Shown here piece by piece: positions 49,310-60,110 of a DNA stretch of 64,000 bases (the stretch's first letter is position 1; each line of letters opens with the position of its first letter). This DNA is from an uncultured Nitrospinaceae bacterium. GTDB taxonomy: Bacteria; UBA8248. Below the pieces are notes generated by a model. That model was not told where the DNA came from. It worked only from the letters and a program-made list of their open reading frames with translations, and ran no database searches. Where the stretch lies: NCBI GenBank assembly GCA_964005815.1, contig CAXFSR010000043.1, positions 1-64,000 of the forward strand, given 5' to 3'. Made by a program: the position numbers and the translations under genes.

Positions 49310-50373
49310 TGTCATACCTTTCAATAAACAATATTGATTTTTCATATGAAACAAAAAAAGTCATCAATTCTATTTCTCTTCAAATAAAACAAGGAGAAAT
49401 CACATGTCTCCTTGGGCCATCTGGCTGCGGTAAAACTACTTTGTTGCAATTAATTGCTGGCTTAGAAGAAATAGATATGGGAACAATCAAAATAGACGGA
49501 AAAATAATTTCAGACAAAAGAACCAAATTGCACATTCCTCCGGAAAAAAGAGAAACAGGAATCATGTTCCAAGACTATGCACTTTTTCCACATCTAACAG
49601 TTAAAGAAAATATTTTTTTTGGAGTTCAGAATCCTACAGAACAACAAAAATCAGAAATACTTTCATTGATGTCTATGGCAAAAATTGACGAATTTCAAAA
49701 TCGTTTTCCCCATACGCTTTCAGGTGGACAACAACAGAGAATCGCTTTAATCAGAGCTCTTGCAAGGAAACCAAAACTTATACTTTTAGACGAGCCATTT
49801 TCTGGATTAGACATAAGCTTGAGGAGTGAAATAAGGGAACAAACTATTGCTATACTCAAATCATTAGAGGTAACTACAATTATAGTGACTCACGATCCTC
49901 AAGAAGCACTTCAAACTGCAGATAAGGTTCATATTATGAGGAATGGAAGAATTGAACAATCTGGTTCACCTAGAGAAATATATCAATTTCCTGCCAATGA
50001 TTTTATTGCTCGTTTTATAGGAGAAACTAATATTTTATCTGGAATAGTTTTAGAACCAGGATATGATGAAGTCATGACAAATATCGGTTCAATACCCTGT
50101 CTTTCTATGAGAAACTTGGATTTTGGAACAGATGCATTTATTTCTATAAGGCCAGAAAGCTTTGCACTTGATGAACGAGGAGAATTTGAAGCTAGAACTG
50201 AAAAAATACAATATGCGGGAACACATCTTTTACTAGAAGTAACCTTGTTAAATGAAGTTGGGAACGGCCAACAACTCAAAATTCACACCCACCCAAATGC
50301 AAGAGTTAACGTAGGAGAAATCATAAGATTTAGAGTTGTTCCAGATTTTGTAACAGTCATTGAAGATGCTTGA
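49309..50373 (+). CDS. fbpC: Fe(III) ABC transporter ATPase (FbpC)
   Basis: GPSGCGKTT, FQDYALFPH, LSGGQQQR and DEPFS motifs; TOBE-like tail. Confidence 0.9.
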   Translation: MSYLSINNIDFSYETKKVINSISLQIKQGEITCLLGPSGCGKTTLLQLIAGLEEIDMGTIKIDGKIISDKRTKLHIPPEKRETGIMFQDYALFPHLTVKENIFFGVQNPTEQQKSEILSLMSMAKIDEFQNRFPHTLSGGQQQRIALIRALARKPKLILLDEPFSGLDISLRSEIREQTIAILKSLEVTTIIVTHDPQEALQTADKVHIMRNGRIEQSGSPREIYQFPANDFIARFIGETNILSGIVLEPGYDEVMTNIGSIPCLSMRNLDFGTDAFISIRPESFALDERGEFEARTEKIQYAGTHLLLEVTLLNEVGNGQQLKIHTHPNARVNVGEIIRFRVVPDFVTVIEDA

Positions 50374-50413
50374 AACAGAAACAAAAAAGATCTCTTTCTT
50401 TATAATCCTAGCA

Positions 50414-51817
50414 TTAAAACTTAAGCATCTCTGTCAAGGAATTCACATTTTTAGATTCTTCCAATCCCATAACGTTATCAAATAATTGTTGCGCAATTTC
50501 TTGATCAAACACCATAGTAGAATTATCCATAAATTTCTTGCGAATATCATTTTCACTCATAGGATTTTCCAAACAACCACGTTGAAATTTCTCATGTTCT
50601 ATTGCTCTATCCCCACTATCAAAAATTATTTCAACAGAGCCAGGAAAAAAATTAGGAAAATCTTGTGAAGGGTCTTCTTCATAATCAACCAAAGACGCCA
50701 CCTTCAAAACCTCGGAATCATTGATTGCCTCATCACTAAAATCTTCTACATTACAAGTTCCACGAACTAAAATACTAGCGATACAATACGGCAATGAAAA
50801 TTTAGCATCATACGAGGAACGAGGAATTTTCTTTGCATCTAAAGGGTCTAACACTAAATCTATAGCCCCTTTTGCAGCAATACATTTAATACTCTTTATA
50901 CTATTCACAGAATAATTATCACTAGAATAAATCCTCTTAGCGGCATCCAGAAATGCATGTATCACATGTCCACATGGATAAGGCTTGTATGCAATATCTA
51001 GTGTTTCCCATTTTTCTCCTAATTGAGATGTTAAAATTCCAACATCAAAACTTTCTCCGTGGATATGGCTGTTATACAAACCAAAACGACCTTCCAATAT
51101 AGAACTCGGACCACCAAAACCTTCATTTGCAAGTAAAGAAGCTACAATACCACTTTGAGAAGCCCATCCAGGATGAACAACTTTAACTGGACTACCATCT
51201 TCTAAATACTCAAAAAGCCCCGAAGTCATACTTCCGCATATTCCTAGAGCAGAAACAATAGCTTTATGACTGAAATTTCCAAGTAAACCGAAAACCAAAG
51301 AAGAACCAAAAGTGCCAGCTATGCTTGTCATATGAAAACCACGTGCATGGAAAGATCCTGGAGCAACGAGTCCTATACGAATTTGAAATTCAAAACCAAG
51401 TATTATTGATTTTAAGAAATCTTTTGCACTAGCTTGGAACAACTCAGCACCTGACAATGCAGATGGAACTAAAGGTGCACAATTATGAATAACTGACTTA
51501 GTATGTGTGTCATCATAGTCAAGAGAATGTATTAGAGAACCATTTATTAATGCAGCCTGGGTGATAGGCATAATATTTTTTTCCCCAATAACCGTACAAC
51601 CAGAATCAAATCTATTCGTCAAATCTCGAGATTGTATCCCCAGAATCCTAAAAACCATTTCTTTTACTTGATTACTTACTGGGAGGGTTGTTGACGCAAT
51701 AGCAATGCCCAAAGCATCTAAAAGCAAGAATTTGGTTTTCTCAACTACTTCTTTTGGAATATCTTCGAATTTAGTTTTTTTAGCATGATCAACTATTATT
51801 TCTGTAGCAGAAAGCAT
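50414..51817 (-). CDS. MmgE/PrpD-family protein
   Basis: HSLDYDDTH, RGFH, KPYPC and AKFS.PY motifs. Confidence 0.9.
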   Translation of the reverse strand: MLSATEIIVDHAKKTKFEDIPKEVVEKTKFLLLDALGIAIASTTLPVSNQVKEMVFRILGIQSRDLTNRFDSGCTVIGEKNIMPITQAALINGSLIHSLDYDDTHTKSVIHNCAPLVPSALSGAELFQASAKDFLKSIILGFEFQIRIGLVAPGSFHARGFHMTSIAGTFGSSLVFGLLGNFSHKAIVSALGICGSMTSGLFEYLEDGSPVKVVHPGWASQSGIVASLLANEGFGGPSSILEGRFGLYNSHIHGESFDVGILTSQLGEKWETLDIAYKPYPCGHVIHAFLDAAKRIYSSDNYSVNSIKSIKCIAAKGAIDLVLDPLDAKKIPRSSYDAKFSLPYCIASILVRGTCNVEDFSDEAINDSEVLKVASLVDYEEDPSQDFPNFFPGSVEIIFDSGDRAIEHEKFQRGCLENPMSENDIRKKFMDNSTMVFDQEIAQQLFDNVMGLEESKNVNSLTEMLKF

Positions 51818-51845
51818 TTAAAAATTTCCTTTAAAAGATAAATTA

Positions 51846-52859
51846 TTATATTCTATTACGAACTAACGGAAAAACTTCCGTAGCTAGCAAATCCATGGTA
51901 TCTAGCACAAGACCTTGAGGCATCCCTGGCCATTCTATACTTACAATCAAGTGATTAACTCCTAGAAAAAATAATTCAAGAATTTTCTCTGCAACTTCAT
52001 TTGGACCACCAATAATAAACCTGTCTTCTAATAATTCTTCAAAATCAAGGGACAAGTCATTATCACCTTCAGGCATAGCATTATCCTGCCCCCAATTATG
52101 ATAGGATCCATATTTTGTTTCTAGATAAGGACGACATAAAGAAAATGCTTTGTCAAAATTTTCTGCAACAAAAACTTCTCTTCTCATAGGCAATTCTTCA
52201 GGAAATGGTTTATTCAGCTTAACTAATTCCTCTTTATACAATTCTAATTGCCTCTTTGTTGTTTCTATTCGATTATGGGGGTTTATATAATAACTATCAC
52301 CAAATTTTGCTGCTCTTTTAATTCCTGCATCACTATTCGCACCAATCCAAATAGGAGGGTGAGGATCTTGTAAAGGACTAGGAGTGCAAGAAGCTTCTTC
52401 AAGTGTAAAATGACTTGCCACCATAGAAACTTTTTCCTCAGTCCATAACCTTTTAATAGCAATAAGGTTTTCTTCTAACCTCTTGACTCGATCTTTTTTA
52501 GAAGTGCCAAAAGCTTTAAATTCCACATCTCTATAACCTAAACCAGCTCCTAATATTATTTTTCCATTTGTTATAACATCGAGAGTAGCAATCTGTTCAG
52601 CAATATCTAAAGGCTTATGAAGAGGCAACAAAACAATTCCTGCATTTAATCTCATAGTAGGAACTTCTGCAGCAATTCTTGCTAGAAATGGTATCTGCTG
52701 GAATGAATTGAAGGGAAACGTACTATAATGAGAACCCTTTGTAATCGAAGAGAATCCGAGTTTTTCTGCTTTAACTACTTGCTCTAATATATTTGAAAAA
52801 CAATCTTTCAAATTATCTTCTTTTGGATATTGTGAACGCAACATAAGACCAAATTGCAT
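51846..52859 (-). CDS. LLM-class flavin-dependent oxidoreductase
   Basis: AEQIATLD, G.G.GYR..EF, P.Q.PHPPIWIG and RAA..GD motifs; ATG at 52859 preferred. Confidence 0.9.
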   Translation of the reverse strand: MQFGLMLRSQYPKEDNLKDCFSNILEQVVKAEKLGFSSITKGSHYSTFPFNSFQQIPFLARIAAEVPTMRLNAGIVLLPLHKPLDIAEQIATLDVITNGKIILGAGLGYRDVEFKAFGTSKKDRVKRLEENLIAIKRLWTEEKVSMVASHFTLEEASCTPSPLQDPHPPIWIGANSDAGIKRAAKFGDSYYINPHNRIETTKRQLELYKEELVKLNKPFPEELPMRREVFVAENFDKAFSLCRPYLETKYGSYHNWGQDNAMPEGDNDLSLDFEELLEDRFIIGGPNEVAEKILELFFLGVNHLIVSIEWPGMPQGLVLDTMDLLATEVFPLVRNRI

Positions 52860-52907
52860 AAAAAAACGCTCCAAATTAGACAAATATGCTAAATACGATT
52901 TTCAGTG

Positions 52908-55715
52908 CTATTTTCCACAACAAAATTTATATTTTTTTCCGCTACCACAAGGACAAGGAGAATTCCTTCCTACTTTAGGATCACTTCTTCTAACAGGAGT
53001 CATAGTTTGAACTGATGAATCTTCAGAAACATCATCAAAACCGGTAACTTCTTGATGGGTATAAACAAGTTCCTGACTTTCATCTTGTTTTGTCAGGAGT
53101 TCACCGTCTTCAGAAACATCTAATCGATATAAATACATTACCGTATCTACCTCAATTTTTTCAGTAAGTTCCTCAAACATTTGATAAGCTTCTTTTTTAT
53201 ATTCATTTAAAGGATTCACTTGTGCATAACCTCTGAGGCCAATTCCTTCTTTCAAATGATCTATGTTCGTCAAATGCTCTTTCCAATGAGAATCTAAGAT
53301 TTGCAGATAAACCATCATCTGCCATTCTTGGAACATCTCTTCACCTAAATGAGAATACTTATTATGAAGAATATCCATAACTAACGAATGAACCTTTTCT
53401 CTAATCTCTTCTAATGTTTCATCTTCTAAATTTAATACACATTCATTTTTCTCAAACGAAATCTGATATCCATTTACATTTGAACGAATACTAAATTGAG
53501 ATTCTATGCTCGTCTTAAAAGAATCCATATCCCATTCTTCGAAGTGAACAGATTCTGGGAAAAATGAATCTAAAATTCCATCCAGCACATTCTTAACCAT
53601 TTCTTTTATTTGCTCAGTGATATCTTCACCATCAAGCATAGTTCTTCTCAAGGAATAAATAACGTCTCGTTGCATATTCATTACATCATCGTATTCTAAA
53701 ATATTCTTTCTCATCTCAAAATGATGAGACTCAACACGCTTTTGGGCACCTTCTATCGAACGTGTGACCATTTTCGCCTCAATTGGCACACCTTCTTCCA
53801 TCCCCAATTTCTCCATCAAACCTTTTATTCGATCAGAACCAAAAATACGAAGCAAATCATCCTCTAAAGAGAGATAAAATCTAGAACTACCAGGATCTCC
53901 CTGTCTCCCTGACCGTCCTCGCAACTGATTATCGATTCTCCTACTTTCATGTCTTTCAGTAGCAAGTACATGAAGACCTCCTAAAGCAATCACTTCTTCG
54001 CGTTCTGCTTCACACTGCTTAGTATACTCTTCAAGCAAATCATGATTCTCGGAGACATCTTTTTTCTTTGAGTTATTTAACAGGAATTCTGGATTGCCGC
54101 CCAAAAGAATATCTGTTCCCCTACCTGCCATATTAGTGGAAATAGTTATTGCAGATTTTCTTCCTGCCTGGGCAATAATTTCAGCTTCATGGGCATGATG
54201 TTTCGCATTTAAAATATGATGCGGCACGCCCCTCTTTTTGAGGACCTTCGAAAGTTGCTCACTTTTGTCTATATTTATTGTTCCGACTAAGACTGGTCTT
54301 CCTGATTTGTAACATTCAGAAAGTTCCTCCACTACTGCGTTCATTTTTTCATTTTCAGTCTTATAGATCACATCAGGATGTTCTATTCGAATCAAGGTTT
54401 TATTGGTAGGTATGACAACGACATCTAGATTGTAGATTTCTTTAAATTCCTTTGCCTCTGTATCTGCAGTACCCGTCATCCCAGACAACTTTTCATAAAG
54501 ACGAAAATAGTTCTGAAAAGTAATAGTTGCAAGAGTTACATTTTCTTCTTGGACTTCAACTTTTTCTTTCGCCTCTAATGCTTGATGAAGTCCATCACCA
54601 AACCTCCTACCTGGCGTAAGGCGACCAGTAAACTCGTCAACAATAATTACTTGTCCATCTTTGACTACGTAATCTATATCTTTTGTAAAAATGATATGCG
54701 CTTTAAGCGATTGTTCAACATGATGTAAAACAGAAATGCTTTCCATATCATACAAACTCTTTCCTTCATCTAAAATTCCCGCAGAAATTAAGATTTTCTC
54801 TGCCTCAACTCCACCCTTTTCTTTCAAATTTACCGTTCTAGATTTCTCGTCAACAATTAAGTACTTATATTGTTTTTTGCTAATTACGTCTTTGCCACCT
54901 TCTACATAAGCTTCTTCAATAGGCTCTGATTGACTCTCTTGATCTTCTTCCTGAAGTAGTCTTTTAATAATTCTATTAACGGAAAGATATAATTTAGTAG
55001 CTTCCTCTGCTGGACCACTAATTATCAATGGAGTCCTAGCTTCATCAATTAGAATGCTATCAACTTCATCAACAATTGCAAAAGACAAGTCCCTTTGTAC
55101 CCTACTACCTCTTTCAAACTTCATATTATCTCTAAGATAATCAAAACCAAATTCATTATTTGTGCCATAAGTAATATCACACAAATATGCTTCTCTTCTT
55201 TCTTCGTCATCCATGGAATGTTGTATACACCCAACGGTAAGACCAAGAAATCTGAAAACTTGTCCCATCCATTCAGAGTCACGTTTAGCCAAATAGTCAT
55301 TAACTGTTACAATATGCACTCCTTTTCCAGCCAATGCATTCAAGAAAGCTGGAAGAGTAGCGACAAGAGTCTTACCTTCTCCTGTTTTCATTTCAGAGAT
55401 TTTTCCTCTATGAAGAACAATTCCACCAACAAGTTGAACATCAAAATGTCTCATTTGAAGGACCCTTTTGCCTGCTTCCCTTACCAAAGCGAAAGATTCA
55501 ACAAGAAGATCTTCCAAACTTTCGCCTTCTTTCACTCTATTTTTTAGAATTTGGGTTTGTTCCTGAAGTTCAGAGTTAGTAAATCCAATCAATTTTTCTT
55601 CTAGCGAAGTTATAGATTCAACCATAGGCTGAAGTTTCTTAATTTCTCTATCATTAGCCGATCCAACAATTGTCTTAATTGCAGACAAGCTTTTTTCTAA
55701 AAAAGTTATTGCCAT
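52908..55715 (-). CDS. secA: Preprotein translocase subunit SecA
   Basis: [40 protein letters not shown] and SEC-C tail [13 protein letters not shown]. Confidence 0.99.
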   Translation of the reverse strand: MAITFLEKSLSAIKTIVGSANDREIKKLQPMVESITSLEEKLIGFTNSELQEQTQILKNRVKEGESLEDLLVESFALVREAGKRVLQMRHFDVQLVGGIVLHRGKISEMKTGEGKTLVATLPAFLNALAGKGVHIVTVNDYLAKRDSEWMGQVFRFLGLTVGCIQHSMDDEERREAYLCDITYGTNNEFGFDYLRDNMKFERGSRVQRDLSFAIVDEVDSILIDEARTPLIISGPAEEATKLYLSVNRIIKRLLQEEDQESQSEPIEEAYVEGGKDVISKKQYKYLIVDEKSRTVNLKEKGGVEAEKILISAGILDEGKSLYDMESISVLHHVEQSLKAHIIFTKDIDYVVKDGQVIIVDEFTGRLTPGRRFGDGLHQALEAKEKVEVQEENVTLATITFQNYFRLYEKLSGMTGTADTEAKEFKEIYNLDVVVIPTNKTLIRIEHPDVIYKTENEKMNAVVEELSECYKSGRPVLVGTINIDKSEQLSKVLKKRGVPHHILNAKHHAHEAEIIAQAGRKSAITISTNMAGRGTDILLGGNPEFLLNNSKKKDVSENHDLLEEYTKQCEAEREEVIALGGLHVLATERHESRRIDNQLRGRSGRQGDPGSSRFYLSLEDDLLRIFGSDRIKGLMEKLGMEEGVPIEAKMVTRSIEGAQKRVESHHFEMRKNILEYDDVMNMQRDVIYSLRRTMLDGEDITEQIKEMVKNVLDGILDSFFPESVHFEEWDMDSFKTSIESQFSIRSNVNGYQISFEKNECVLNLEDETLEEIREKVHSLVMDILHNKYSHLGEEMFQEWQMMVYLQILDSHWKEHLTNIDHLKEGIGLRGYAQVNPLNEYKKEAYQMFEELTEKIEVDTVMYLYRLDVSEDGELLTKQDESQELVYTHQEVTGFDDVSEDSSVQTMTPVRRSDPKVGRNSPCPCGSGKKYKFCCGK

Positions 55716-55805
55716 CTTTACAAGTTCCTCGGTTTCTTAATGTCGAAACAAAAGTTTAAAAATTAATACATAAAAGATGATTTTATCATAGAGTTGAAGC
55801 GATTG

Positions 55806-56783
55806 TTACTTCTGGGCGAACTGATCAATGATATATATCATGGGGTTTACAGCTTTTCGCTTTATTATTACTTCGTAATGAAGGTGTGGACCTGTAGACC
55901 TTCCCGTATTCCCAATCTTTGCGATTAACTCTCCTCGTCTCACACGTTGACCCTTACGAACTAAATTTACTTGATTGTGGGCATACTTTGTAACAATCCC
56001 AGGCAAATGTCTGATTTTCACATAATTTCCGTAACTAGCATCTCTAGAAGACGCGATAACTATTCCATCTGCAGGTGCAAGAATGGGGGCACCTAGCCTT
56101 GCATAAATATCTACACCTTTATGAAACTCCCTCCTTGAGGTGAAAGGTGAAATTCGATAACCATAGCCTGAAGTTATCCAACCTCTTGCAGGAATAATCG
56201 ATGGAGTATGTGCTAAACGAAATCGATTTTTTTCAAAAACTCTTAGAATTTGAGACAGTGATTTATTTTTTAAAACACTTTTTCTTTCAGTATCTATAGA
56301 CTGCCTCGTGATTCTTCGAAATAGTTTTTTCTCCCTATCAGTTAGATACCTTGTTTTTTTTGTAAAATTATCCTGAGTAATTCCGCCTATTGGCAATTCA
56401 AGATCCTGTTGTGAGTGTCGCATAGAAGCCATCATTCTTAATTTTCGTTCAAGCAAAGAGAGTTGATTTAAATTTTTATTGACTTTGGAAAATTTCTTTC
56501 CAAAATTTTCGATAACTTCTGCTTGGGAACTAACACGATTTTCCAGTGATGGAATCTTACTTAATTGATTTGTTAACTGGTTTCTATCAAACAACAAATA
56601 AACAGAGAGCAAACACAAGAATACAAAGATAGACATAAAGGTGAAGACACCCAAAGAACTCAGATTAAACCTTCGAAAGCTAGAAAGTTTTTGAGATATA
56701 TCTATGAGTTTGTGCGTACTGACTTCGTCATGTGGAACCAAAAACAGACTGTATTTCTTACCTTTCAAAACAGCTCCTAACAA
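55806..56783 (-). CDS. M23-family metallopeptidase with TM and coiled coil
   Basis: HKGVD, YAH and GRSTGPHLHYE motifs; directly upstream of secA. Confidence 0.92.
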   Translation of the reverse strand: MLGAVLKGKKYSLFLVPHDEVSTHKLIDISQKLSSFRRFNLSSLGVFTFMSIFVFLCLLSVYLLFDRNQLTNQLSKIPSLENRVSSQAEVIENFGKKFSKVNKNLNQLSLLERKLRMMASMRHSQQDLELPIGGITQDNFTKKTRYLTDREKKLFRRITRQSIDTERKSVLKNKSLSQILRVFEKNRFRLAHTPSIIPARGWITSGYGYRISPFTSRREFHKGVDIYARLGAPILAPADGIVIASSRDASYGNYVKIRHLPGIVTKYAHNQVNLVRKGQRVRRGELIAKIGNTGRSTGPHLHYEVIIKRKAVNPMIYIIDQFAQK

Positions 56784-56804
56784 AACAAAAATTGGAACAA
56801 GACA

Positions 56805-57635
56805 TTAACGCATAACAGAACCAGAATCAACAAGTATAGATTGTCCTGTTATAGTTCTAGCATCTTCACTTGCCAAGAACGTCACAGCACGGCCTATATC
56901 TTCTGGTGTTTGTTCTAAATTTAGAGGAGTTTGTTGTACAAAAAAATCAAAAACTTCTCTAGAACTCATTTCCTTTAATTCAGGATTTTTTTTCTTATAT
57001 AATGGAGAAAGCTTTTTCCACATATCACTCCATATCAAACCAGGACATACTGAATTAACGGTAATGCGACTAGATGCTAATTCTTTTGCTAGAGATTGCG
57101 ACAAGCTAACAACCGCCGCCTTGCTTGCAGCATAATGTGGGATAAACTCTCTTCCATCAAAAGCTGCTCTTGAAGCGATATTAATAATACGACCTGAATT
57201 AGATGATCTCATATGATCAACAACAGATTTACAAAGAAAAAAAACACCTCTAGTATTTACTTGATATGTCTCATCCCAATCGGAATCAGCTATATCTTCC
57301 ATTGGCATTCCTAAAGAAAGATCCGAAGACCCAAGAACTCCCGCATTGTTCACAAGGAAATCAATTTTTCCAAATTCCTTCAAAACATCTTGAACAAGCT
57401 TATCGCAAGATTCTTGTTTTTTAACATCAAGCGAAAAACATTGTGTCTCGATATCAAAATTCTTAAATTCTTCTTTCAGATCTAAAAGTTCGTCATCACG
57501 TAGATCTGCTAAGGCAAGATTTGTTCCTTCTTCAGCAAAACACCTTGCTATCCCATGACCAATAGCCCCAGATGCTCCAGTAATCAATGCAAGTTTTTTT
57601 TTAAGACCTCTTTCACGATTTTGCATAGATATCAA
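56805..57635 (-). CDS. SDR family oxidoreductase
   Basis: TGASGAIG, NNAG, YAASK and VCPG.IW motifs. Confidence 0.9.
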   Translation of the reverse strand: MISMQNRERGLKKKLALITGASGAIGHGIARCFAEEGTNLALADLRDDELLDLKEEFKNFDIETQCFSLDVKKQESCDKLVQDVLKEFGKIDFLVNNAGVLGSSDLSLGMPMEDIADSDWDETYQVNTRGVFFLCKSVVDHMRSSNSGRIINIASRAAFDGREFIPHYAASKAAVVSLSQSLAKELASSRITVNSVCPGLIWSDMWKKLSPLYKKKNPELKEMSSREVFDFFVQQTPLNLEQTPEDIGRAVTFLASEDARTITGQSILVDSGSVMR

Positions 57636-58039
57636 TCTTCAGCACTACCAAAACCAGACATAGAATGACCTCCTTCTATCCATTGCTCATATATTTTAAG
57701 AGCTTCCAAAACGGCAGGAGCACCAGTATAAGTAAACATCTGAAAAATCACTTCAAGGATTTCTTTATCTTCTGCACCATAATTGTGAGCAGCTGTTAAA
57801 TGCCCCTTCATTTGGTCAAATCTTCCTGTTACCAGAAGTGCAGAAATTGCACAAAATTCTCTAATTTTATGTGGAATAACATCCCTATCGTATAATCCAC
57901 CGTGAACCATTTTCTGGAACATCATAGAAAAATCCGGGTCCAATTTATTCATTCTTTCAAATAATTTTTCTGTATATCCATCTCCATATTGCGTATCACC
58001 TCTTCGAATAGCTGGCTCATAAAATGATTCTTCGTTCAA
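57632..58039 (-). CDS. Carboxymuconolactone decarboxylase-family protein
   Basis: RE...ISAL...H...A...GA...EI.EVI.Q...Y.G.P pattern; TTG start after GGAGG. Confidence 0.82.
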   Translation of the reverse strand: MNEESFYEPAIRRGDTQYGDGYTEKLFERMNKLDPDFSMMFQKMVHGGLYDRDVIPHKIREFCAISALLVTGRFDQMKGHLTAAHNYGAEDKEILEVIFQMFTYTGAPAVLEALKIYEQWIEGGHSMSGFGSAED

Positions 58040-58066
58040 CGGAAGTCCTCCTTATTTTTTAAAAAA

Positions 58067-58990
58067 TTAATTTTTTATAATCTCTGTCCTTAATTTCCCT
58101 AAATTTTCAACTTCTACTTCTACGACATCACCTGGCTTAAGAAAAGACGGTACATCACGCGCATATCCAACACCTGAAGGAGTCCCTGTCATAATGATAT
58201 CTCCTGTTTCTAATGTAAAATCTTCCGAAAGAACAGAAACGATTGATGGAATATCATGTATCATCATCTTAGTATTAGACTCCTGCCTAATTTCACCATT
58301 GACCCAAGTCTTGATTGATGCATTCATAGGATCCTGATAGAACTCCTTAGGAACTAAATAAGGACCGATAGGACAAGTAAAATCTAAAGTTTTTCCCTTA
58401 AACAACTGCTTATGTCTTCTTTGAATATCCCTTGCACACAAGTCGTTCGAACAACAATATCCAAAAATATGATCGTACACTTTATCCTTTGCAATGTTTT
58501 TTCCAGGCTTGCCAATAACAAATGCCAATTCACCTTCATAATCTAATTTTTCACTAGTACTGATCATTGGGAAATTCACATTATGACCAATTAAAGTACT
58601 GGGAGATTTAGTAAAAAAAATTGGTTCATCTAATTCCATTTTCTGAGGACGTACATCCTTTGCTTTCAAACCTTCTTCCACATGGTCTTTGTAATTGAGC
58701 CCCATACACATAATATTCTTTGGAGGATTTGTAATCGGCGGAAGAAATTCTATATCTCCAGGGTTCATAAGAATAGATTTGATTTTGTCTGTATTATCTT
58801 CTGCTTCTTTTAACAAAGATTCTAAATCTGAGGAGATATCATTCCAATTCCTCAAAATCTCTATCATACTTGGAATAGCCAGATCAGGTCTGCCCAAAAG
58901 ACCTGCCAGACGAGATAAATGTGAAATTTTATCTCCAACATATAAACCTACTCGTTCTAACCCTCTATAATTATAATTAAGTATTTTCAA
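58067..58990 (-). CDS. Fumarylacetoacetate hydrolase-family protein
   Basis: GLNY.DH, FTK, DYEGEL, ND..ARD, KGK and TGTPSGVG motifs. Confidence 0.93.
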   Translation of the reverse strand: MKILNYNYRGLERVGLYVGDKISHLSRLAGLLGRPDLAIPSMIEILRNWNDISSDLESLLKEAEDNTDKIKSILMNPGDIEFLPPITNPPKNIMCMGLNYKDHVEEGLKAKDVRPQKMELDEPIFFTKSPSTLIGHNVNFPMISTSEKLDYEGELAFVIGKPGKNIAKDKVYDHIFGYCCSNDLCARDIQRRHKQLFKGKTLDFTCPIGPYLVPKEFYQDPMNASIKTWVNGEIRQESNTKMMIHDIPSIVSVLSEDFTLETGDIIMTGTPSGVGYARDVPSFLKPGDVVEVEVENLGKLRTEIIKN

Positions 58991-59010
58991 TTTGATTGCC
59001 TCCGGATTTT

Positions 59011-60099
59011 CTAATCAATTCTATAATTTTTCAAAGCTGATTCTGTAAATTCAAAACCATGACCTGGAACATCTGGAACAGCTATTTCCCCATTCTTCAC
59101 TGAAAAATCTTGTGTCATGTCTTCTGAATTAAAGAAATCCATATATTCAACCATATAACCACTCGGACTTGCTGCAACCAGACTTACTGAAATTTCATGC
59201 ACTAGATGACAGGACAATGAAATATTAAAAGCATCGGCAAGATTAGCTATTTTCCTAAATTCTGTTATCCCGCCACATCTACCAACATCTGGTTGCAAAA
59301 AACCAACAGCTCGCCTTTCACATAATTCTCTGAAACCCCAACGCATATACGCATTTTCTCCAGCTGCCAGAGGCACCATACTTTCTTTTGACAATTCAGC
59401 CAAATCGTCAACCGAATCAGCAATAACTGGTTCTTCAAACCAGGCAACCCCGTATTCAGCCAACATATTTGACACTTCTACAGCCTCTCTTACAATATAT
59501 TTTTGATTTGCATCAGCAAATAAAATAAAATCCTCTCCCATATTTTCTCGTAAACAGGAAATTCTTTCTTCATCTCGATCTGTGCCAATTTTAAATTTAT
59601 ACGCTTTGCATCCTAGAGCCTCTGCTTCTTGCGCTTCCTCTAAAAGTTCTTCGTCAGATAATGTGTGCCAACCTCCACTCCCGTATACGGGTATAGTTTG
59701 TCTAAACCCACCAAGAAGCCGATTAATAGATTTTCCAGCAGATTTCGCTAAAACATCCCAGCAAGCTATATCAACGCACGATAGAGCATGGAGACCTATT
59801 CCTCCTCGCATTCTAGCTTTATTTGGTCCCCACATTTTTGTCCAAACTAATTCTGGAGCAAGAGCATCTTGACCTAAAACTAGTGGGGCGAGTTCATTTT
59901 TAATATATGGAACTATCGCAGTTCCCGAAGCACCGCCTAAACCAGTTGTCATACCAAAACCTTCAGGACCATCCTTTGTCTTCATCTTCACAACTACAAC
60001 ATCTAGGTGTGTATAAACACCTAGAGAACTTTCAAAAGTCTTTTTCAAAGGTACCTGCAAAGGAATTACTTCAATTTCTTCAATAACTAGTTTTTCCAT
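59011..60099 (-). CDS. Mandelate racemase/muconate lactonizing enzyme family (MR subgroup)
   Basis: D.A.WD...K, KFKIG, DANQ, EEP, GEN, QPD and GGIT motifs. Confidence 0.92.
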   Translation of the reverse strand: MEKLVIEEIEVIPLQVPLKKTFESSLGVYTHLDVVVVKMKTKDGPEGFGMTTGLGGASGTAIVPYIKNELAPLVLGQDALAPELVWTKMWGPNKARMRGGIGLHALSCVDIACWDVLAKSAGKSINRLLGGFRQTIPVYGSGGWHTLSDEELLEEAQEAEALGCKAYKFKIGTDRDEERISCLRENMGEDFILFADANQKYIVREAVEVSNMLAEYGVAWFEEPVIADSVDDLAELSKESMVPLAAGENAYMRWGFRELCERRAVGFLQPDVGRCGGITEFRKIANLADAFNISLSCHLVHEISVSLVAASPSGYMVEYMDFFNSEDMTQDFSVKNGEIAVPDVPGHGFEFTESALKNYRID

Positions 60100-60110
60100 C
60101 TTTTTCCTTT

